Source: Paragordius varius (lineage: Eukaryota > Animalia > Nematomorpha). Taken from it: DNA of 64,000 bases. The DNA lies in assembly GCA_964247055.1 (NCBI GenBank), contig OZ176056.1:1922001-1986000 (forward strand). Reading direction: 5' to 3'. The notes below the pieces were generated by a model. The model was not told the DNA's origin and did not search any database. It saw only the letters and a program-made list of their open reading frames with translations. Within the stretch, counting starts at the first letter, position 1; each line of letters begins with the position of its first letter. This document shows positions 38,501 through 50,271 of this stretch, piece by piece. A program made the position numbers and the translations under genes.

Positions 38501-40094
38501 ATTCCTTAAAACTGAAAAAGTTTAAAAACTTCAACACAAATCTTAAACATTAACCTGATCCACTCCAAGCCAGGGTAGGAACATGAGCGCTTTGTGCAAT
38601 CAGGGTAGATGCTATTTTATCACCCAGGGCATGCATAGCAAATTCCGAAGGGTTGAAATTATACCCTTATATATAATCTCCTAGTCAATATAACTAGACT
38701 TTAAGTAACTACTACAACAATAAAAAATCAAAAACTTCTCAAAATCCTTTAAAAACCTTATTATAAAACGACAAAAATAATAATAATTCCTTAAAACTGA
38801 AAAAGTTTAAAAACTTCAACACAATTTTTTTCAAATCTAAACCTGATCCACTCCAGGCTAGGGTAGGAACATGAGCGCTTTGTGCAATCAGGGTAGATGC
38901 TATTTTATCGCCCAGGGCATGCATAGCAAATGCCGACGGGCCCAAGAAAGCCAGGCAGCGGTCCGCTAAAGCGAAGGGCAGAGCCGGATTCTCACTGGCA
39001 TGACCCCAACCGGCCCAAACTGCATCCGCCCCCGTCCGCACACAAATCTCTACAATGAGTTCAACGTTGGCGTAATTGTGATTGTTGGAACCGCCTGGAA
39101 CCGGGACATATTGATCCGCCATTTTTATGTACTCTATTATCCATATTCATAATATTAATAAGGGGGATAAATGGTTAAAGGAAGGTATTTTTTAATTATT
39201 GTAAAACTAAGGAATGATATTCACTTTATAATTATATATATTTAATTATCTAATAAGATAATCTTGGCCATAAAAACTCCAAATAGGGGAAAAATACATA
39301 ATTTATTATAGGCATCAATCATGCTTTTTTAAAGAATATATTAAAGTTAAATTGTGTAATTTACAATTTAATCTTTTGTTATGATATAAAAAAATTATTA
39401 ATTTATATAAAATTTAAAATAATATAAATTGAATGGTGAATCAGAGTGTTTTATAATATCCACAAACCAATTCGGGAAGAGGTTCACTTTTAAACGATTA
39501 TATTAGGGTTTAATTTAAATTAAAGAGTTCATGAAAAACAGCAAAAGTTAATTATTTTATAGGCGTTTTTTTAGAAAATCTTATATATGAGGTGATTAAA
39601 GGGAGTACATTTTTATTGGAAAATCGAAAATTAAATTACGTCAATAAATTAATTTTTGATTTAAATTTTCATTTCGAAACTTATGTTCTATAAAAAAAGT
39701 AAACTATGGAAAAACAAGCCGAATTTAATTAATCAACAGTCAAAATAAAAAAAAGTAATTTTAATATAATTGTTTTTGCTTATAATGACGTATATTTTAC
39801 CAGCATTAGCTTTTAAATCTTCGGGAGTCACCATGACAACAAATTTTATCGCTCGTTCGTTTCGAAACATTTCGTATGCCCATCTTCGAATAGATCGCAT
39901 ACATTTAACCGCAGCTATACCATTGTTGGCAATAAGGATCTAAATTTAAACATTATAAAAATTACCTTTTGAATTAGAGTGGTTCCTCCAAATTTTATAA
40001 CAAATTCTTCGGGATTGGATAGCGTAAGCGAACCATGTTTTGAAGTACTTATATTATTAATTGATGTATCCAAAACACTAATATCGGATGACAT
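32521..40094 (-). pseudogene. ACC: Acetyl-CoA carboxylase, copy B: 11 exons, biotin-carboxylase domain only, with an in-frame stop
   Basis: Exons: 39966-40094, 39801-39939, 38843-39133, 37163-37422, 36639-36749, 35816-36025, 35062-35235, 34268-34394, 33639-33976, 33289-33422, 32521-32668 (2061 nt, phases consistent). Motifs: [59 protein letters not shown]. There is a TAA at 33681-33683 inside GHVIACRKTS*NPDEGF. I found no BT, BCCP or CT exons downstream in the window. Confidence 0.85.
38555..38652 (-). repeat. Partial tandem duplicate of the 3' ~98 nt of ACC exon 3, including its donor site
   Basis: cctgatccactccaagccagggtaggaacatg...ccgaaggg is repeated ~290 bp from the full exon (38843-39133), together with the adjacent intron start. 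It has no acceptor. It is absent from copy A. Confidence 0.9.
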
Positions 40095-40602
40095 AAAATT
40101 TGATTATAATAATTTAAAGTAAAAAAACACGCGTTTTTACGTGATTGTATGATATTGAAGCTGTGCCAATTTATTATACGAGAACAAGGGTATTTTTGTT
40201 AAGCTCAAAATTATTTTTGTAGGTCCTTACTTATGATTTATTTATAAAGTATGGCAAATACTTTACTGTTGCAAAATACTAGCCAAATAAAAACTAAAAA
40301 AAAATAATATTTTAAATTCAAGATAAAAAAAGAGTTTATAAATTAGTTTAGAATATATGTTTGGTAATTATGATTTGTGCTTAAAATTTTGACCGCGATT
40401 ACATATAGGGTGATTATTGATCGAGAGTGCTCCCAATGGTATCCAAATCTTAAAACACGTATTCTATGGCTTTGGTGCAGTGTGCGAAAATATTATATTT
40501 AAAACTGTATGATTTAAAAAAATTTACTTAAACCTATTTTTTTGGTGTATATTTTAGAAAAAACTAAAATTCTTTATATTTTTCTATTTTAACACTTTAT
40601 AT

Positions 40603-43056
40603 CAGTGGTACTCACCAAAAAAATTTAATGGAAATAAAATATATATTTTTTCCGAGGGCCATGAACCTTATAATGGCAAATATTCCATAGCTATTTAACA
40701 CATATGCACATAATTTACTCTAAATCAGCACAATGAATTTTTTGCGGATCGCATGTGAATCCAGCTAAAAACTGATTTACCATTTAGTTTAAAAAATTAA
40801 AATATTTTGATAACAATTTTTATTTCGATATTAACCAATATTTGACAAATGTGGTTTCACCTCATGACAGGCCAATCTTAATACGTCGTCCATATAATCA
40901 TCGGTTAAGCAGTTTCTGTATGTATTCTTGACATATTTTATTTTTGAATATGACGTCTCGCACGTATAAGTTAAGGTAAAATGAGTTAGGATAACTTGAG
41001 CACATTTTTTTATATTTTCATATTTATTTGGCACATCTTGCCAAAACTCTACATATCCTTCTCTACGATTCTCTTTGAATATCCAAATTGGAATTTTCAA
41101 AACCTACGAAGTCATCAATAATATGCGCCTGATCAAAACCGAAATGCTCAAGTTGTTTAATATCCATGGATTTTCAACGAGTTTTTAAGCAATTTTTAAT
41201 ATATTTTTATTTTTAAAATCTGAATATCTCATTAGATAAATTAGATGATCTATTATTAAATTAATCCCCGCGGTAAATTCCATATTTTCTTCATGAATCG
41301 TTTTAAGTGTTGGAAAATATAGGAGAGTTTAATATTTAAAATTTAGTTTATATTATTAATTTTTAAAAGATATTTCATTAGCAGGGGTTATTATTTTACT
41401 TCCTTGACGACGTATTAAAAAAGTTTATAAGTAATTTCGCAAAGGTAGGCTAATAAAACACCATATGTCACTATTAATTTCCTCGTCAAACTTTCTGTTA
41501 TCTTTTATAAATAATAGAATATGTCTTAAAACAAAAAATGTATTTTATACTTCGCTAAGGCTTAGCCATCTCTCAGCGGTGTACAAAGAATATAATCAAA
41601 CTCCTTGTAGATATCTTTCAGAAGGTTTTTGAATTTACGGCGGTTGAATTCTCTGCCACGGATGTGGTTATCTATATCCACAACTGTTTTAATTACTGAA
41701 TTGAGTGATCAATCTTTTACACGCGAAACCAAGTTTTGCTGATGAATAAAGCAGTGAAAGGATAAAATATGTCAAATTATATTTGTTTTTCAAAAGAGGA
41801 ATAAATCCTTTGTTATTTCCAATCATGGGACAGACTGTGCAGATCGAAACCAATTTTTCATAGATATATCATTATTATCGAAAAAAAGTGTTAATTATTT
41901 CGAGAAAATAACTTCCTTTAGTGGTATTATTTATTGGTAAAAATTTTAAATATTTATCTTTGATTATGTTGTCGTTGTAAAATCTTACGAAGAGCGCACA
42001 TTGAGGTGTTGTACTAATATCAGTGCTAGAATCAATAGCATTACTAAAATATTTGCAGTTTTTCAGAGTTAATAATGTATTGAAAATATATTTAGACATA
42101 TCTTCAATGCGTCGAGCACATGTTGCAGATAGTTGAAGTTTTTTAATTTGCCTCATGATTTGATCTTTATATGGAATTTATCAAATAAAAAACTGCGACC
42201 ATTTATTAGACTTTCTTTTAGTTGGGAACCAGTAAACGGTTTCATATTTTTTCCTTAAATATAACAAATTTGATACGAAGCTAATTATACAACTGTTTCC
42301 TGGGAGAAAGCTATGGACATAATAGATTTTTCTAGTATAATTCCTTAATCTTTTTATATTTTTCGTTTTTTCTCATGATTTTCTGGTAATTTATAAGAAA
42401 AATGGATTGTAAAATTTCAATATTGTATTTTTTTATAATTATGTTGTCCTTACATATAAGGCAGGTAACAACATTTTTATTTTAAACGACAAAGAATTTT
42501 TCTTCCCATTCTTTTTTAAAGGGCGATTTTCATCAAATAATTTACGTTTTTTAGCATTAGATGTCATCCTTTGAATTTATGTTTAAATATTATGTAAATT
42601 TTTTCAAAAAATAAATAATTTAAATTACGCTATAAAAAACTAGTTGAAATTTAATGATGTTTATTTGAAATATATTTTATGGGAATGAGTTATAAAAAAT
42701 GAGGCAGGATAGCTAGGAAAAGATTATGTAAAAGCAAGTTTGGGTGAAAGGCTTGCTTAAATACAAAAAAGGAATGCAAAATTTTAAAATAGAAAAGAAA
42801 ATAGAATACAGAAATAGAAACAACATGTGCCAAAACTTTGAAATTATTTTAATGTAAGGAAATTTTTCTGCATTTCAAATTGGGTAAAATATAAAAACAA
42901 CCAAAATTAAATCTAAAAAAATAAATTAATATTAAAATAATCGAAAATTCGTTTATGTGTTAAAAAAATAATATAAGTATCAATATGGTCATAGGGCAAT
43001 TTTAAAGCACTCTTAAGGCCGCTTGCGGCCCGCGGGCCGCGGTTTGAGTATCACTG
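40603..43056 (-). mobile_element. Decayed hAT DNA transposon (Buster/Charlie-like), copy B only
   Basis: TIRs CAGTGGTACTCA / TGAGTATCACTG, with 8-bp TSD CTTTATAT at 40595-40602 and 43057-43064. The site is empty in copy A (~2805). Broken transposase fragments: MTSNAKKRKLFDENRPFKKEW.., LQLSATCARRIEDM..AIDSSTDIS..FVRF, LTHFTLTYTCETSYSKIKYVKNTYRNCLTD. A subterminal gcggcccgcgggccgc palindrome is present. Confidence 0.92.
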
Positions 43057-44278
43057 CTTTATATCCTTTTGAGGTAGTGTTACAACCAAGTGCCCCTTAA
43101 AATATCCTAAAAATATTTGAGTTAGGCTAAATTTAATGATATGCTGTTTTAGCCTCTTAATATGATAAAATAAGGTAAAAATGCCTGTAAACTTTTTGAT
43201 AGTTTTTTTTCATTAACTTTTTTATATCGTAAATACAACAGGCAAATAAATGTATCATTATGAAAAAGCTTTCGGATTATAGAAATTTTTGATATTTATC
43301 TAATATCAGCTACTTGCTTCAATCATGTTTTGGAGTTATCTGTTAGAATTAAAAATGTTAACTGTAAAAATTATAAATATTTTTATCTAGAAGACATATT
43401 GAAAAACAAATTTCAGCCAAACTGATAACAGTTATGTTACGAAAATCTCTGGATTAGAACCCCTCAACATGCCATCTCGTACAGATAATGTAATAAATTG
43501 TTGACCATTTATTTAGTTTTGGAGTGAGTCTTTGGTTTTAAGTGTGAAATTAAGAGTTAAGAAACTAGAATTTATAAAATATAACACTTATCCAATAAAT
43601 TTAAATTAATTTTTATTTTATGGTTCTGACGTACAAATACCCCAAAATATTTTTATCTATTCCACGTGCATAAAATAAAAGAAATGTTTATTCATTGAGG
43701 TAACATTTATAGAACAGCGGTTTATATATCAAAGGAAATAGTTTGAAAAAATATAAAGATAAAAGGGGAGTTAAATGGCTAAACTAAAATTATGTAATAT
43801 AGGCATTTAAAAATAATTTATTAAATTTCAAACGTAAAAACAATTGTTTCCCGTTTTTTCCAATCGAGTAGATGTACATGTAGATATATTGTTTTAAACA
43901 TTAATTTTTATAAGATTTTGTGAGCAAATGTTTGCCATTATGATTTTCCTAATATTTCCCGCCTATTGGACAAATCTGGCTTGAATCAATTTTTTTCGAA
44001 GCATGTAATGCGCCATTTTGAGATGTATTTATAATTATATATTTTTTCAGAAGCAATGCAGTTTCTGTTTTAAATTGTATTTTACAGGTTATATCTAATA
44101 TTTACTTAAAGTTGCTTCTAAACGATTATTCTTTGTTTTATTTTCCCTTTAATTTTAAAATATAAACACATATCAAATATATTTATTGGATAAATAACTT
44201 AGTGAATAGTTGCTACAATATATAATCTATAATATTTTTATGAAAAATCTTCCAAAATTACTATATATGACAAATATA

Positions 44279-46444
44279 TTATTCAGGTGCCGGCTTTGGA
44301 TGTCTAATGGCTTCTTCCAAAACTTCAAAAATAATTAATTAAATACAGTTATGATTAAATTTATAATTATAATGTTTAATACTGTATGTTATAGTTTATT
44401 GTTATCTATATATACCTTTTGATATATCAGGATCCTCTAAGCCTAATGCATCTAGAATTATCATAAAAAAATAGTTTATTTGGCCAAAATCGGTATATAA
44501 TTATGGTGTGCAGGGAATAAAAAAATAGATAATGTTCTGCTTTTTAATTAATATCAGTATTTTTTATCATATGAAATATATTTTATATAAAACACTGTCA
44601 TACACGGTTTTAAATTTTTTATTCCAAATTATATTTACTGATTTCGACATTATGTATGACAGGATTATTAATTTGCTTAACAATCGAAATAATAAAATTA
44701 ATCCAAATTTTCTAAAAAAATAAAATTATATTTTAAAAATTTATAAAAAATTTATTACTTTCTACTCCTTCTGGAAACATGGCGCCTATATCATTAAGAA
44801 AAATATATAATGCCATATAACCAAATATTTGATATATTTAAATTAACAATATTTTAATTAAAAAAAATATATAATTAATTAAGTAATTTGTCAAGTTTTT
44901 TGATAATTTTTTTTCCTGCATTTTATTTAACAATTAATAATAATAATAATAATATTAAAATTAATTACTTTCATTTGCTTTGTCGATTAAATCTAATTTA
45001 AGGTAGCATAATTGTGAAAAAGTGATTCGCTATTATTTTTATAACATAAGGGTTTAATTGTTGAATGAATAAATATTTGATTTTTATTGATTAATTTTTT
45101 TTGAACATTCATAATTTTTTTGGGTTTATTACAGTGCTTCATGAATGTTCTTTCAAATTAAAACTTTAAATATCCCCATATTGTAATTAACTTTATAATT
45201 TAATTAATAACTAAGCGGAGTAAAATGATTTATTTTTAAAGTAATATAATATAAAATAGTTATAATGACACTTTGCGTTTGATAAAAAGATATGCTTTAT
45301 ACCTTGAATAGTGTCCACCATATCTATATATATTGTTTAAAGCCAAAAATATTTTTTTGTATTTGAATACATTAAAATACAAAAAATATACTGCTAATGC
45401 GCTCTTTCAAAGCTAAATTTGATATATATAATTTATTAAATTTGTTGAAAATTTTTTCAATTTTTAGTATTATAAAGCATACATTTTATGGATATCTTCA
45501 TGCCATCTATGAAATAGATTACATAAATATTGAATTAACAAAACACAAAAAAGGTAATCTAACAAAAATCTTTCTCAAATATAAAAGAGTACTTGAAAAG
45601 TACATGTCATTTTTTTCAAAATATTTAACAATTTTCCTATATGTGCGGTTGGAAAATCAGCGTGTCTCTGAAACCTAAATGGCTTAAATAAATATATTTT
45701 AAAAACCGGCAGTTCTAATAATTATTCGAATTTATTGTTATTACTAATTTAGGTGATTTTTTAAACTAATGTCGTCCATTAAAACACAATATTTATTTTA
45801 AGCATATTTCATATAATTTATTTCATTTTTTATCACAAAATTTATCCCAATGTGAGATCTTAAATTAATCTTTACTATATTTATTTATTTTATTAAACCA
45901 AGTCACATTTAATTATTTGAAAAAAATTACCAATGTGGGCCCGATCTATCCGAAATTTAAAATTAAAATTTTATAAATTATATTGCCACAAATATTACTT
46001 ATATTTTCTGGACCTAATCACGAAATAAATATTTTAAAATATAATTTTTATAATGAAAACTATGTAATAAATATATCACTAATATTTCGCGTTTCCTCCA
46101 AAAAGTTTTTTGATTCTAATTATACACACATATATATATATATATATATATGGATAATTTTAATTAAAATTTAAAAAATAAAAATTAAAAATGCTACAAA
46201 ATAAACATAAAAATCATAGAATTAATATTGGCCCTAAAATGTATTATAGTATATTGTAATACAAAGCTATATTGATTTAAAAATAAAAGGTCATTGAGTT
46301 ATAAAAATCGGTATATATGCCAAAAAATTAAAAATTTTATGGTATTTAAAACTTTGTTAGAGTCTTCAGTAGTTCTTGGGAAAATACAACAAACATATAA
46401 TCAAAAAAACTTTTATAAGTTATTACGTATTAAATCACATGATT
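44279..46444 (-). CDS. Micro-exon chain 1, copy B
   Basis: Exons: 46427-46444, 46080-46115, 45999-46013, 45931-45945, 45483-45506, 45392-45412, 45303-45323, 44969-44992, 44759-44785 (27 nt), 44416-44451 (36 nt), 44279-44322. Versus copy A there are synonymous changes (AAT/AAC, ATC/ATT) and +/-3-nt indels. The 15-nt exon's acceptor is lost, but an in-frame ATG is present at 45605. Confidence 0.78.
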
Positions 46445-46955
46445 CTATAAAACATTTTTTACCAAACGCACATTTTCTATCCAAACGAAATAATAAATGT
46501 TTCTTTTAGTTGAAAAAATGTTGCGATGAATGAATGTTGCTTTAGATTGAAAATAGTATAATAATAACGGGCTTTTTGAAAATTCAAATTAAATTTTAAA
46601 AAAATCAAAATATATCAACTGCCATAAAGTAATTTTAAATCCCTTATTGGAATCTTTAAAAATTATTATAAGTCATACAATTAGATATAAAACATGAGAT
46701 TTAAGCTTTTTCGCTTTTTAAAATTTTGATGTTTTTTGTTATTACAAATATGGTAAAATTTTTAAACCTTCTACATTTTAGATAAAAGAATTGAAACACA
46801 ATTTTTTCTTGATTCACTATTATTCTTTTAGGGTATTGGCCGCTAAAAAGAATTTAAGGGAATTTGAAAGACCTCGCAGTGTTCCCCAAATAATTTTAAC
46901 GGGCCGTAAAAGAGCTTTTAGGGCTGCGGTTTAAATTGAATTATTGGCTTTATAC

Positions 46956-48247
46956 TAATGTGACCATATATTTTAAACTTTGACGCAGTACAAAATAAAA
47001 ACATACTTTGCAGTTTTTACACCATCGGTGTGGTATATTACAGTTTCCACAAAAATTATAAAATATATATATTCTGATAGGAATATTAGGATTATAATGG
47101 TGCTTGTGGTTAAAATGTTTAGATATGAGCTCTGAAAGTCCCAAATTTTTTAGTTCTTTTAAAATGGACTGTTTTATTAAAATGAACGGGAAAATTCCGA
47201 CATTGTGCAATATTTTTTAATATATGCTAAATTGATATCAATTAAATATATTTTTTAAAAAATGCATTTCAAAATTTATAGCATTTTGTTAAAGCGTCAT
47301 ATTATTTTAAGCATGATGGAAACGAATATACACGTTTGAGATGTTATACCATTTATATATATAATTACGATAATGGTTAACATTTTTTTCGCTCAGAATT
47401 TTGAGTGAATTATTCGTTCGTTTTCAAATTTATGTTAAATAAGAATTGTGTTTGTTACAAAAATTCACCAAAATTTGCAAGCAAACAAACCTTTAAATTA
47501 AACAACCTATAGTAATGTTCAGCATCCTTGAGTTATTTAGAAAAAGGGTTTATTATATTTTAAAGCGTTAAACCGTTTCCATCATGCTTCAAAATAGTTT
47601 GAAGAACGCTTCAACAAAATATCTCAAATTTGTTAAGGCAAAAAAAAGAAAATTCAAAAAATTAAAGTTTAGTAATATCATACCTCCCACCTAATGAGTA
47701 AACGTAAATAAAAACTCTTAATTTTTACGAAAAAAGGGTTCAAAATTATGCCATTATAATAAATTTAAAAGTTATGGTAACAATTTTCCATACAATTTTC
47801 GATTTGATATAACAAAAAATTAACTTTCTAAACTTGATCAAACATTTATTCAAATATTATAAATATTTTTTTAAGCCCCGAGTGAAAGAGCCATCAGCCT
47901 GAATCTTACGGTGTCTAAATATAGTTTCGCCACTTCGCGAAAGCCTGCAATCATAAGCGGTGATACAAAATCCAATCTTTATAATTCGAGAAGAAAATAA
48001 AATATTAACCAATTAAAAATAGGCTAATCTTAGTTTTTTACCGCAAAATGAACCATTTCTTTACAGATTATGGGTTTGTTTATACAGAGGGAATATATCT
48101 TTTCGAATAAATAAAAGTTAATTAATATATAATTATTAATAATTATTTTTTTTAAAAAAGCAGTACAAAAATGGGCGCAGTACAGTCGCAGTATTTTTCT
48201 GAATATCCAGTACTGTACTGCGAAAAACAGCCTATCTGGTCACATTA
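46956..48247. mobile_element. Non-autonomous hAT-type element (1.29 kb), copy B only
   Basis: TIRs TAATGTGACCATATA / TATCTGGTCACATTA, with 8-bp TSD CTTTATAC at 46948-46955 and 48248-48255. The site is empty at ~6670 in copy A. Subterminal GCAGTACA repeats are present. Confidence 0.9.
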
Positions 48248-48658
48248 CTTTATACAAAAACCCAAGTCTCTTAAAAGCGTACAACCAGTATAAATTCACA
48301 AACTACGCCAATTATAAAGAGTGGAATTATGAAGACTACTGACCCGATTTATTAAAATTAGCCAGCAATATAATGACCACATAGGCAAGTTTTTAGTAAC
48401 ACTAAGTGTTTAAACAAAATTTCTTTATAAATTATATATTTGATTTTACAAATACTTAATTTTTTAAGAATGTGAAAGAATAAATTATACAATAACTTCA
48501 CACTTTTTATATCATCATTCTTCCAATAAATTTTAATTAATAACAGTTGAATTTGGGTTTATATTTTATAAAAAGTATTTTTTTGAAGAGTCAGTAACCA
48601 TTTAAGAGATCGGTTCCAATGTTAAAAACCGGTATTACAAAATAACCATAAGTTATAC

Positions 48659-50094
48659 TATAGCCAGATTTTCCGAATTTTAAGAGATATGCTGTTAATT
48701 TAAATTTTTTTCCAACCCGATTGTGGTTATAACCGAGCAGAAACCATTCTGATTTTGGTTCCACCTTTTTCGGTCTGGTTCAAAGCGCTCGCAGTTTTTT
48801 ATGTTTTGTTAAAATTTTAATTTTTTCTCCATGTTAAAATTTTATATAGATTTTAAAACTAGCTAATATCACCTTCCAAAAGATTAGATCCTGCTGCAAA
48901 TTTAAATTTAAAAAAAATCATAACATAAATATATTTCATTTATCAATTAATAACTAAATACCTGTATTTAAATTCTCGACATCTAAAATATATCGTTATA
49001 ATTAAAATCAAAACGATATATTAATATTTGCAAAAAGGGTTTATAAAAATTGCCCAGTTAGCCCTAAAAGATATTTTCTTTAATATATAGGATATTGAGA
49101 TTTTAAAACATACGCTCCAATATTTGTCGGCCTTTAAAATTAAAGTGAAATAAAATTCTTTTTTGAAAAAAAGTTTAGAAAGTATTATTTTTTAGGATTT
49201 TACCTTGAACGATTCTGGCATGGCTAGTTTTAAATCTTTTGCCTTATGTAATATTATAAATAGTATACTTTTTTGAAGTTCTAATTGATATGAGAAACGA
49301 ATTATAAATTGTTGGTTCAACCTTAATCGTATTTCAGTCAAATTTATCCGTTCTGAAATAAATTTTGATAACGGTAATTTATGTGTTTTTTTAAAGTAAT
49401 AAAAAGTTTTTTGGCTATCGTTTTTAGAAAAAAATATATTTTTTGTAAATAAATGAAGCTAAACTAAAAAGAATTACCTCACTTAGGTTCTTAAAGTGCT
49501 GAGTACCCAATTTTATTTTTTGAAATTTATTTTATAAATAAACCAAGATTTTATATGTAACAAAAAATGAAGTCTAGATTACTTATATACATAAATAATT
49601 ATATTTAAACAATATTTTCATTATTAGCAAAACATAATGGCTTTATTTTTTGGATTAAAATGTAAATTATACGGCTTATATCATCGTCAACTACATCAGA
49701 GTCTAAATTTATGGAATTATATATAAGTATATTTCATCAGAACTGATATCAGCAAAATTAAAATGGAGTCTTAAGAACTAACTTAATTTCGGCCTTAAAT
49801 TTTGAATATCGGTCTACTGACCTCTGAGTTTATGCTTTAACCTTTAAAAAGAAAATATAAATTAGTCAAATTATATATAAAATTAATATTTCATGATTAT
49901 TTTTAAACTTTTATGTGGAATATGGTTTTTTTAAATTGTCATACATCCTTTTAAATGTGTCTATTTTGATTGCATATTAAAAGGTTAAAAAATTATCAGT
50001 CTTTTTGGACATCTATTTTTTATAATTTGGTTTCATGTTATATAAATGTGATATGGAATCATACATTTCATAATTGATATAATATTTAGCCTAC
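48659..50094 (-). CDS. Micro-exon chain 2, copy B
   Basis: Exons include 50065-50094, 49114-49131, 48962-48982, 48873-48893 and 48659-48691. Synonymous differences from copy A include GAA/GAG, TTG/TTA, CGG/AGG and TTT/TTC. Confidence 0.65.
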
Positions 50095-50271
50095 CTAGGG
50101 TAAAACTTATGTGTTAAAAAACTTTGGAAGCAAAAATAATATAGGCATTATTAATTTATTTTAATAAATTACAAACCAAATATTAATTAAATTAATACGC
50201 TTGCAAATTTTTTAACTAAAAATTTATTTTAATTAAACATAACTTTACATCCTTTATATCATATGATATTT

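Noticed and set aside
45397-45678. Plus-strand 93-aa ORF, and similar AT-rich 60-95-aa ORFs (e.g. 10349, 12129, 17624, 46950, 59723)
   Set aside because: They are antisense to micro-exons or lie inside MITEs, have K/I/F/N-biased composition, and are not kept open in the other copy.
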